DNA of 64,000 bases, from NCBI GenBank assembly GCA_973895155.1, contig OZ316893.1:28344210-28408209 (forward strand), given 5' to 3'. Of the stretch, positions 1-11,085 are shown one piece after another. Source of the DNA: Marsupella aquatica (lineage: Eukaryota; Plantae; Marchantiophyta). The translations under genes and the position numbers were made by a program. The first letter of the stretch is position 1. Each line of letters opens with the position of its first letter. Under the pieces are notes generated by a model. It was not told the origin of the DNA. It searched no databases and saw only the letters and a program-made list of their open reading frames with translations.

Positions 1-420
1 TCATGCACAAGCTAGGGTAATCTAATAATCGAGTAATGTACAACTAAGGTTAATGTTAGGAATACATCCGAACCTCGGGGTAATCCAATCACAAAGCAAT
101 GTACTAGACAAGTTAATCTTAGGATATTGTGCCATACACACGGATACGAAAGTTGGGGTAATCTTATCCATCAATAAATATACATTAATTAATGTTTAGG
201 ATTTGTGCCATACACATGAATACAAAAGCCGGGGTAATCTTATAATCAATAAAGTACTAGTAAGGTTAATGTTTGGAAATTGGCCACACCCATGGATACA
301 AAGCTGGGGTAATCCTACACATAGATACGAAGCAAATGCCGGGGTAATCTAATAATCATAATTAAAGTACAAATGAATGTATTAAGGAATGTACTAAGCT
401 GGGCTGTAAAAATGTGGGGT
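1..420. repeat. Degenerate tandem repeat, ~65-70 bp units (gccatacacatggatacaaagctggggtaatct...); copy B at ~43810-44257
   Basis: ggggtaatc core recurs about six times with similar flanks. Confidence 0.75.
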
Positions 421-1554
421 TTTACATACATGGACACAAGACTATAAACGTGACGAAATGATGTAATCATGCAGGTCAGGTAAAGTAGGAAGATTGTTTG
501 TTACACCAACAGTCTTCGGCCACAAATGAGTTTTCGGCCACAAATGAGGTGTTGTACAACACATTTGTTATGTCATACAGCCATCCATTTGAGTAGTGTT
601 TTTTTATCTAGATGTAAGTGTCCAGTGTGAGGGAAAATTGGCAGGTCATGTGGGACTGGGGAAAATAAATTTTGATTTGTGTGAAGTGCGCCTCACACGT
701 CGCTTCTAGGTTCTGAAAATCTAGGGTTGATGGTAAAAATGAAAATGTATAATCTGAGTATGAAATAGATACGGAGGTGTCGAGGAGTAAAACTAGACCA
801 GACCAGAATGGGGCAGGGGGAGTTTAGGGTCCATTTATATTGAATGTAATGAGAGAATTGTTTACTAGAATAAATGGTACCCCATATTTAAATAACGTGT
901 CTATTGATCGATACCCAGGAAAGAAAATACCGTCCTATCTTCTTTGCACTTCAACCGATGCACAATGCTTGCCTTTCTAGAGAACAAGGTAGCCAAAACA
1001 AATTCACCGAAGAGAATAGATAGTTCAAAACTCCTGACTCTAATTTACAAATACTACAAAAAAACATTTGACTCTTACCTGAAGTTTTCCTATCGTCTAA
1101 AATCTTAAAGTTTCCCTTTCCTGAAGCTCAAATTGTTTTTCCTTCCCTGCCCTTCCTCAAGTTTTTTTCCCTAGCGCCTGAAGCTGGAGTTTTTTTTCCT
1201 TCCCCCCTGACGGTGAAGTTTTTTTTTCTTCCTGGAAAAAGCTGAATTTTTTTTTGCTTGCTTTGGTTTTTGCTGTTTTTCTTCTCCCCCACTTTCACAT
1301 TATGTAGGTTTGTACATCATGTGCGAAAAAAACTAGGATACAATGTATGGATTTGATGAAAAAAATCACCTCTGGTTTAGGGAACCAATATAGAGCAGGT
1401 AAATTCAGGCATGTACTTTGGCTGGTATTTGTCCCTGCAATACCCAAAATGCTGGTCCGGTGAGGTTTAGGGTCTTTTCAGTACGTTTGGAGTCCTTCTA
1501 CCGGCGCAGGGCGCCTTCATGGGGTCCCTGCCCGCTTCGTTGCTTGCTATGACT

Positions 1555-2041
1555 AATAAAAGTACCCTCATTAATAAGAGTACCCTCATGGACAAGGCCC
1601 AACACAAGGATACCCTTAGGAGATAAGAGTACCCTCACTGATAAGGGTACCCTCATTATCAAAGTACCATTGTTGATAAGTGTACCCTCATTGATACTTA
1701 AGAGTACCCTCATACGCAAGGGTACCCTCAGGAGATAAGAGTACCCTCATTGATAAGGGTACCCTCACTGATCAAAGTACCATTGTTGATAAGCGTACCC
1801 ATTGATAAGAGTACCCTCGCTGATAAGAGTCCCTCGCTGATAAGAGTACCCTCGTTGATAAGAGTACCCTCAAGCACAAGGGTACCCTCAGGAGATAAGA
1901 GTACCCTCATTGATAAGGGTACCCTCATTGATCTAATTAAGTACCATCGTTGATAAATGTACCACATTGATAAGAGTACCCTCACTGATAAGAGTACCCT
2001 CATGCACAAGGGTACCCTCAGGAGATAAAAGTACCCTCATT
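1555..2041. repeat. Minisatellite of ~18-bp units (gataagagtaccctcatt)
   Basis: More than 20 variant copies of agtaccctca/gataag. The overlapping EGTLIN/RVLLS ORFs are translations of the repeat. Confidence 0.92.
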
Positions 2042-2930
2042 CACATGGGGAGCAATGAAAATAGGGATAATTGTAACCACGTCCAAAAGGTGAGATCTGT
2101 GATCATAGCCATTCAAAAATACTGTCCTTCAAAACCTTGAGGACTTTAGTTTAAGAACTTTTCTAACAAACAGTTCAAGAATGTTTTTATAACAAAGAAT
2201 CCAATAAAGTGTAAACTTTAATTTTATGGTGTTCAATTTTTTTAGATTTTCCCACACTATAGCAAACAAATCCACTGAATTTGTTTATTCTAATTCCAAT
2301 TCAGTAAATATTACAATTCCGGTCAAATAGTACACGAACCATTTCAGATCTGAGTACCGAAATGCCGTAAGTTGTAATTTTTATCATTAGATTTATGAAT
2401 AATTCAACATGTAGGTGGGGAGAAAGGGGGAATTTTGATGTTGAGGTACTCACCTTCATAAATCTACTATTGATTTGTCCCAAGGAGTGTACAGTTCTTT
2501 CCTTGGTCTCGCCTCAATATTTGTACAATGTTGGCATGAATGACACTGCACAGAACACTAAAAGGATTTAGTGTCTTGAGGATGACCAAAAACAATGACA
2601 AGAAACCTGAAACTGAAACTCATTTGTCCAAGTGCATGTAGAGCTTCATATCATTGGCAACAATAGTGCTTGAAGCCAACTTACTTTTGAATGACGTGTA
2701 AGGCAATATCTTGTGAAAGAGGGCCGATAGCTTCCCAACTACTAAAGGAAGTAGATTTTGCACTCACAAAGTCATCCCAACAACCAGATCCCCTTGTGCA
2801 ATCTGAGAAACGTGGAGTATTCAATAAAAAGTTCAAAGCAAAATGTAATAAAACCATCATAAACTCAATATAATGAAATGTAACCATGTCCTTTGTGATA
2901 AATTCTGCAAACCCTTCTGCTTTTTAAATA

Positions 2931-2952
2931 TCTACTAATTAAAAGGAAAAGG
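2931..2952 (+). mobile_element. Putative Helitron 5' terminus (A|TCTACTAATTAAAAGG); copy B at 46768
   Basis: TC start after an A with an AT-rich TCTACTA motif typical of plant Helitron 5' ends. No matching 3' end identified. Confidence 0.3.
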
Positions 2953-3988
2953 ATAATACACCAGAATTTACTTCAAAACTCACTGTCAATCATGTTCTCC
3001 GAACAATAAGAATGATAGGGAGGGAAAATGTCAACCTGGGCATACGCCCAAGTCAGGGTGTGAAGCTTAATTTTCAGGATCCTGGAATTGTGGCCGGAGA
3101 GAGGCAGCTTGCAGCAACAAGTGCTTCAGGCTTCTTCCTCATCAGCATAGCCAACACCACTAGGAGACCAACCTAGAGCAAGTACAGGTCGAGCTCCCTC
3201 CTTGTTTGTGTAGTTCAATGTTCTGACCATGTTCAATGTGCTGCATTCCCTTGGGTTTGGATGATCTTCCCTTGGCAGAAATGAGTCACATTCCAGAGTT
3301 ACTCCATGCATAATGATTATTCACCTGCCCCTGGGGTTGGATGATCTTTGTGTGGGATAAATGCCCGGTTTGAGTTAACGGGCAAGTTTACGTGTTGCCC
3401 TACGGGGTGTGGTTGGGACCGGGTGGGGTTGGGATAGGGTTGGGATGAGGTTGGGACGGTGTCAGGATAGGGGCGGGATGACCAGGTGTGACGGATGACA
3501 AATCAAGGCCAAACCAGGCATAAATGAATCACACTTCAGAGTTACTCAAGGCAAAATGATTATTCTTCTGCCGCCAATCTGAATTGACTACTTGTAGCCT
3601 GGTGGAATCAGTGGATACTCATTACTTGGCGAGAGGTTGCACCATAAAGATTGTTATGGTTAGGAATCAAATAATAGTTGAGTGTTCATTAAGTGTTTAT
3701 AATACCTTGAAAGGGTTTAACAGTTTAATGATTAGATGCATGGGACCCGGATGGGATCCCATATGAGCTTACACTTTGAATTGTTCAACAATCTGAACAA
3801 TAAAATGTACAAGGGTAAATTTATAAGAAGGTAATGGCATTGTGACTTTTTTCATCAAAGCAAGCTGGAGTGCCAGTTCCTTGTTATTAGGATATATCTA
3901 GATCCAGACTAGCTCCAGAGTACCAAAATCTCTGCACTTTTGGGGCACTCTGTTGTGCTATGCATTTGAGGGAGTATTCATATCTATA

Positions 3989-4011
3989 ACTAGACCAATG
4001 CCCGTGCGTTG
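3989..4011 (-). mobile_element. Helitron 3' terminus remnant (CAACGCACGGGCATTGGTCTAG|T on minus strand); copy B at 47826..47848
   Basis: Matches the plant Helitron 3' consensus (CAACGCACGGGC, spacer, CTAG followed by T). The left arm of the hairpin is degenerate. Confidence 0.55.
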
Positions 4012-5099
4012 AACAAAAGATGTTGACATGAGAAAACATACCAAGGAGAGAGAAAGAGTAAAAGTGAGGAAAAGATATCAAAGTGAGAAAACTAAGTGAA
4101 TAGTTTAGCTACTCATTTGCTAAACTAACAACAATAAGTTCAGCAGTTAATTGGCAAGGGAGTCCACCCTACAATTTAGCTGGTTGCAGTCAAACTGGAG
4201 TTTGGACTTTGAATGCCATAAACTTACATTCCACCATGGGTGAGTGCAATGTGTGTATTTAGGCAAAGCTCAGATAATTGAAGGGAATGGGCTTACTCCC
4301 CTCTTTTATAGGGGGAGTGACACTTATTTCACTGACAGTTTACATAAGACTGCAAGATGGGCATCACTAGAAGAAATTAGTAAGAAATCATTAGTAAACC
4401 CTAAACCCTAAACTTTCTACAGTAGTTGATTTTAAGTGTGTTAATTTATATATATAGTGCACGTTGCACATATTGGTGAGAGGCAGCCAGGGGTGAAGTC
4501 TCAATGTGTGATCACATGTAGGGTCTGTTGAGGGGAATCTAACATTTAGGATACTTAGACCAGTACTGTCAAAGAACTCACACTCCCCTGCTGTAAATTA
4601 AGCCGACATTGCTCCAAAGCAGAGACAAACTTTCTAAGTTCATTGATCTACAAAACTCTCCCCACATTGAGACCTTACTAAAATAGAAAACGAGGAAGAA
4701 GTACATTTAAGAAAACTAAGGACCAATTTCCTGAAAAAGGCCAAACAAAGTACAATGGAGTAAAGCAAATTATAGAGATAAACTAAACCCTAAACCCTAA
4801 ACTTTACCCTCAGCTTAAGTGATTTAGAAAGGAAATGCAAACACAGCAAAGGTTAATTAAATCAATTATTTTGAGCTCAATTTATTAATTGTTATCAGTA
4901 ACAAAATGATGAAAAATAACTGCAAGAAAGAAGCAACAATGGGTACTAGATAGAGGACAAGGTTCACATGTGGTCCCAATAGGTTTTTGCCCACAGGCAG
5001 GTCCCATTTGTTTAATATGTTCCGTTAGCTTACATACATCTAATGAGGGTCCAAATGGAAATGAATCACTCTACCAAAGAACAAAATGAGCCAAATCTG

Positions 5100-5258
5100 T
5101 GGATGAGACCCAATAAAGGGGAGAAGGGACAGGATCCCAATTACATGACCCCCCAAAACGGGGAGAAGCTGATACAGGATCTCAACTAAATGAGACACAC
5201 AAGAGGGGAGAAGAGACAGAGGATCTCAACTAAATGAGACACACAAAAGGGGAGAAAA
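5100..5258. repeat. Short tandem repeat, ~45-bp units (aggatctcaactaaatgagacacacaagaggggagaag)
   Basis: 3-4 variant copies ending in ggggagaa. Confidence 0.7.
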
Positions 5259-5266
5259 CCAGAGAA

Positions 5267-6122
5267 ATACCATTTGAAGACCAAAGACTGAGCCAACATT
5301 CCTGAGTTCCGAATAACTACAAAGATTCAGAAATTATGCTAACCTAGGTATTATCACTATCGAAAATTCCTGATCAAGCCGCCAATAACTACAAAGAACT
5401 TAGAACATGCTAACCTAGGTATTATCACTATCTAAAGTAGAGACTAGATTTTCTGCGAGCAACAAGACCATTCATATCTTCTAGAGACTAAAGTGACCAA
5501 ACACTGTCTAAATGCTCAAGCAACAGCATGTAACATCCGTATCTTGTAGCTGTCCAACTATGTACTAGTAGTGCCCACTGCAAGGTCTCTAGCTCTGGAT
5601 GAATGCCTGGATTGAATGACAATCACTACCATGAAAGGTTTTGATATATAGCAGGCCAGTGACTCTGTTAATCGATCAAGCTCTTTGGCCAGGCATGTCA
5701 AGAAGTTGGAAGGACGGGCTCATTCCCACAGATCGAGATTCTATTCCTCTTTCAATTGTTGGGTTGTCGACAATCTTTAGAACTGCATTGAGTTGTCGTA
5801 GAGACCCTCATCCGTTCGCCCCAGTGAAGGGAAGGGATCAACGAGAACCGCACTCAACGCCCTCTTCTCCAATTGAAAGAAGGATCTCCTTCTATGGATG
5901 TCCCCCCAGGAGATCCCGAGGTGCACGCTCAAGGGGCTATGATGTCTGGCCTTCTCTTACAATTGTTATACCAAATTCCTGGAGGTACTGCTCGGCAGGT
6001 CGTTGCACAGTGGAAATGGTTGCCAATGGAAACGAAGACTTGCGTAGATGCTAAGAGTTATGTAGATGCTAAGAGTTGGGTACATGCTAAGAGATGTGTA
6101 GATGCTCTTGTTAAGATTAACA
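5267..6122 (-). mobile_element. LTR-retrotransposon LTR relic (~848 bp, 5275..6122) with partial PBS
   Basis: Minus strand starts TGTTAATC, contains TATATA and internal repeats (gtagatgctaagag x3-4), ends GGTCTTCA, and is followed by aa-TGGTAT (start of a tRNA-Met PBS). Internal domain absent. Confidence 0.55.
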
Positions 6123-7156
6123 AGGAGATCACGGTATTGTGGGAAGTAAAGGCAATAGCCCCGCAGTTACAGACGAACTTGGACACGTAATTGATTTTGT
6201 AGTTAAACTTTGTTGAAAGTCTTTATAACAGAGCAATCACAAGTTCCACGCATGCGCGATTGTGAGGAACCAAGTCCAAGTTGCCGCGCGCGCGAAATGA
6301 CAAAATTTTACGGGGAGCACAATGTGCACACAACGTAAACTCAAGACTCTATGAGTGCTTGGAGCAAGGTGGACAGGCTATGGGACGTGATCCAGATTTT
6401 TGACCACCCTCTGCTGGGGAAGCTGCAGTGGCATTCGTTCTCTTGGAGAAGCTATAGCGGCGACCCTTTGGAGAAATCAGCTGGCAGTCTCAAACAGTCT
6501 ACAAGGCCCAATGTTAAGCTTTGATGGTGGCGAGGCAGTCTAATCACAAAACCTAAAAAGTTGCAGCAGGAAGTGGAGAAAAAAACAGGCGCAATGTGTA
6601 CTACTTAAAAAAGTTCCAAAAGTGGCGTTTTGGGTAGAATAGGGCGCTGCCCTCAGCCTTTTGGTCCCGATCCCCTAACAACTTTGTGGCGGGCTTCGGC
6701 TAACAGGTTCATTATTGGTGTGGGAGTTCTACTCGACCAGCCACCAGAGGCCTTAGTGGACATAAACGCAGTAGCTAGTACAGTAGTTCACTTGACGTGA
6801 CCAGTGAGGTGCAACAACCACTCGGTTGATTGAAGCATCAAAAGAATTGGCTGAAACGGCCACAATCTCATACAACATACACGGCAAGGTCTCTATGCCA
6901 ATTTCCCAGCCTTATCTAGGGACAGATTGAAGGCAGCTTCCGACCACGAAAGTCACAAAACTGCCTATGAGCCATCCGTACCTCTAAAGATCCGCCATAT
7001 ATAGACCCTCTTCACAGCTTTATACAATCTTCCGACTACCGCAGCCACAATAGTGTGCTAGAATTCACTGTGAAGTACTGGATTGGCTCCACTCTAATTC
7101 GTGCCTTACTCGAGACATGAGAAACGGAAAAATTGACGCGTCTAGTTTTGTCTCAC

Positions 7157-7390
7157 CTTGTTTAAGTAAGCAATGTTGACAATCGGGTCGAGAAGGTACT
7201 GGAGGAATGCATCCAATGTGAAGGAGTGCTTTGCTTTCATCAATATCGTATTCTAGTGAGCCATCTGCTCATTGATGATCTTCTCGGCATCACCCAACCT
7301 CGGTTTCACCTTGCTCTGCGTTCAGAAACTCTTTAAACTTTGCCGGGACAATGACATCATTCTCTGCATACTTGTGCATGCGATCAAATC
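7157..7390 (-). pseudogene. Phosphoinositide phospholipase C N-terminal EF-hand-like exon fragment
   Basis: Manual translation HKYAENDVIVPAKFKEFLNAEQGETEV/[frameshift]/DAEKIINEQMAH*NTILMKAKHSFTLDAFLQYLLDPIVNIAYLNK ending at a GT donor (7156). Resembles plant PI-PLC EF-hand (YSEN..FL..EQG..DA..I..F..YL..N). No X domain seen next. Confidence 0.6.
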
Positions 7391-8861
7391 GCCTCTTTGG
7401 TAATTAAACCATTGTCCATCAATCTCTCCTCCTATACAAGCTCGGAGTATCCATCTCTATATATCCTGCCCACAGGACTCTAGGGGGAGGCACAACATAA
7501 TCACAACAAAAACTTTTCTCTTTTGCACGAATGAAGCACCGAAAATAGTGTTTAGAAGCGAAAAGAAATTATGCACTTAACACAGGCCTGAATATCAGAT
7601 TTGCACGGGAGGTCAAGTGTATTATCTAGCTGGGACTATTTTCGCACCTTTCTCCCATAAAACAACGCGCAATATATATATTCCAACACATTCGCAGTGC
7701 CAAATTAATGATCCCATGTTTGCACCCTGAGTTAATAAAGTGCAAAATAATTGAGAGATGCAATAGCTAATTACCAGTCAGATCTAACTATATATGGAGA
7801 GAAGATACATTCGAAATAGAGAAGGGAGAACACCACAAGGATCTGTTGGCAGCAGCAGTCGATACAAAGTCGATCTAACCAGACGAGTGACAAGTACACA
7901 TGTTAGAGACTCCTCGATGAAGCTCAAACGACAAGATTGGTAACAAGCCCAGTTGAAAAACTCAAGCTGCGATAGTCCAACGAGAAGCAAAACGATGAAG
8001 AAATGAAGGCGGGACCCCACGAGCCAGAGAATGCAACCCTAAACCCAATATGCCGCTTCACTAATTCGCTCAACCTTCAAACACACGGATCCCTGTGGCC
8101 CTGCAAAACATAGGACCCATGTGCTCACTAACAAGTGGGTCCGCAAAGGTATTGAAAATGAAAAAACCAAACATCTCACAAGAAAGAATGACGACATCGG
8201 CCGTGGGGACTAGAGAGCGAGAGATGACAGCAGCATCCCGGTTTGTTCGTTTGCAACTCGACACAATATGCAAAAGTGAGTTGTTCGCAAGATGTGGGCA
8301 CCGTTGACGTGACTCGGTCATGTTGCAGTGTTGCGCGTTCCAAAGTCTTCTACCGGACAGGTTTCATCATTCGGAGAATCTCAACGCCTACTTTGGACTG
8401 ATTGACTGGAGAAGTGGAGATCCTAGTGGACGAAATATTTGCACTGCTGTAATCCTTGTATTCTCAAAACAGTGATGTTGTCAATGTATTTTGTTTTGAG
8501 GGGGATTTTCATGTCATTGCGGCGGACGAGCGTTTGGTGTGTACTTAGAGTAAAGAAACCTTATGCCAGGCGGGGCTGTTCAGTGGTGATTGAGCTCCCG
8601 CGTCGACATGCATTCTATCTCTCAAGTGCTGCCGGTGGTCTGTTGCCCCCCAATGATCTGCGAAAGGCGATGAGACTCTGAGCATCGCTTGCTTGAGTCT
8701 ACAGGAATGAATGGTTTGCTTAAGAGGTCACGTGTAAAGTCAATACTGTGCTGAGCTTTGGAAAATTCGGCGGAGTAGTTAGGGATCGCGATGCTGTTGG
8801 GTCACTAAGAGTAGATGCTGTCGGAGTAATGTTGTAGCAAGCCAATGTGATTAGAACAGCC

Positions 8862-10345
8862 ATGTCAGCAGCTTTGGACACTGGGCCAAAGGGAAAAGAC
8901 TGACATAATACTAAAGCTGATTTGATCCACCTGGCTGCTCAGTCGGCTACAAAGTGCACATTCATTCAAGCTGCAATTCGGAAGTGCGGGGGCAAGGAGG
9001 AAAAGGGGCTACAGCTGTACACAGCCTAGGGATCAAATGGGCGATGGGGACAGTTCGATAAACAACTGGGACGAGCAGATGCTACGGGGCGGGCCCCAGA
9101 GGTCAGACTTCCCATCTGGGACAAAGCATGCTCAGATAAGCTTGGAATCAAGCCTCAGTATGTAGCCGCTCTGGGACAAAGCATGCTCAGATAAGATTGG
9201 AATCAAGCCTCAGTATGTAGCCGCTCTGTCAGGTTTATTGGGGCCTGATAAAGCTTGATTCACACTAGGACTGCCACTACGTAAGTTAGCACTCTGGACA
9301 GTAGCTCTGGGAACAAGGAGCTGTGCTTGGCTGGAGCACCAAAGAGATTGTGATGCCATCGGCTATCTCTAGGTGAGAAACAATCACGTCCTGCCATAAA
9401 TGTCCCCTCGGGAAAAGAAAGGGCAACTTTCAGTACTATGGTTCTGTACTAGGACCCGCTACAAATTTACAAAAATAGTTGACCTCCGCTGATCATTATT
9501 CCACTTTTGATGGGCTGATACAAACCACCGTCGTTGAATTGGCCTCCAAACAGGACCTACAACGTTGTTTTGTCATCACTGCTACATCGCGATCGGCCTT
9601 CACTAGATATCCCTTCCAATTTGTTCTAGATGCTAAATAATTAATCATCGACACTGAGTTTTGCCGACGATTAGGAGTAGATAATGTACGGCAGATGCTC
9701 AAACTCGCTCGGAAGTTTGCAGCAACTAAATTTGAAGAGGAAGCCAAGAAGCTCTTCAGGGAACACTTTGACATCCTGAAGACTAATGTGTTTGATGTTT
9801 TGGAAGGACTTCATTATGATTCGGAAGGCTCACATGATGGTGAAGTCGTTTCAGGTCAAAAATCATTTGTGGATCTTTGTCAACTCATTCATTCACAATC
9901 CGTCATTCGACTCTCAAACCAGAGAGACCTTGACATCTCGTCAGGGCAGCTTCGGGTCAAAATGCGAACTATTTAGCGTACATCAGTACGAGAGCAGACC
10001 CTACACGCACGGATGATTCAAAGCCGACCTGTCGAACATGCTCATGAATTTATTTTCTGCATGTTAGAGCTAATGGGCTGCCACATGCATTCAGGATGCT
10101 CAGATACGTGATCTCATTTGGCTTCACGCCTTCTTGGCGCATTAGATTGAAAATGTCGAGTGCAGATTGAACATGATCACTCCTAGTGTATCCCGCAATC
10201 ATGCTGGTCCAAGTAATAACACTCTTGTTCTGAATTTGATAGCAGTAGCGGTATCTTCTCCAGGATCAAATTCCTCTTGCTGGACTCGTTTACGAATCAT
10301 CCCAGCTTTGCCATCAAAACTTGAGAATCAAAACTACAAGTTCTG
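8862..10345 (+). pseudogene. Degenerate coding-like region of unknown family (includes ORF 9695..9976); copy B ~52699..54182
   Basis: Protein-like frame extends upstream of 9695 through a single stop (LTSADHYSTFDGLIQTTVVELASKQDLQRCFV...LDAK*LIIDTEFCRRLGVDNVRQMLKLARK) with later frameshifts and a 55-bp duplication. Confidence 0.35.
9116..9225 (+). repeat. 55-bp tandem duplication
   Basis: ctgggacaaagcatgctcagataag(c/a)ttggaatcaagcctcagtatgtagccgct at 9116 and 9171. Confidence 0.95.
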
Positions 10346-11085
10346 AGAAGAAAAAGTATGAGAAGATCTTCCATCCAAACCCCAAAGCAACCCACCGTCA
10401 TACCCGCACATTGCCCTCTAAAAAACTATGGCGCGAGTGCTCTTGTTTATCGCCCTCCAAGAAAGAACCCTTTGCAACTGAAGTGTCGTGCATACAAAAC
10501 AAAGAATTGACGACAAGTGGCAACAAGCAAGTAACGAGCAAGTGGCAACAAAATTGATGTAGATTGTGACGAGAAATAAAAGGAGCTCAGGCAGCAGGAG
10601 ACGTCATGCAAGAAATGAGCAGGACTTGAACCAGGATGGACAGTATCCCGGGCTGAAAAAGAGATTCTGTCCCGCTTCCTTGGGCGCTCAGAGGTGAGAA
10701 GTATAGTTGCCCAGCAATGTAAGGTCGAAACGCAGAAGAACATCCAGTATACGTATATAGGTAGGGCCCTTACTAGGAATTGTGTGCCCAAAGGACTTGA
10801 CGAGAGGCCGTGTAAAAGTGGTAACGCGAACCTAACAGGGATGACCGGATTCGTGAGCATGTAGCTACGCAAAGCTCGATACCAAGTCCCCGAGAAGCAA
10901 CTATAGCAATTGAGCAATCCGAAGCCAGTACGACAAGTAATTCTTAGCAGATTGTGAATTCTACAAGGATTGTGAGCTTGCGAGGATAGGCACCGGGATG
11001 TCCTTAGATCATGTAGAGATGTTGGTGGCCATCAAACCTCCGTGTCTGGCGCAGAGGTTGTCGTCGTCCAGGGGACGCTGGCGCG

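Noticed and set aside
1498-2009. ORFs with repeated EGTLIN/RVLLS motifs
   Set aside because: Translations of an 18-bp minisatellite. The spacers are not unique, so it is not a CRISPR array either.
5641-6190. 137-aa and 105-aa ORFs
   Set aside because: Non-ATG starts inside an LTR relic; the VDAKS repeats come from LTR-internal repeats.
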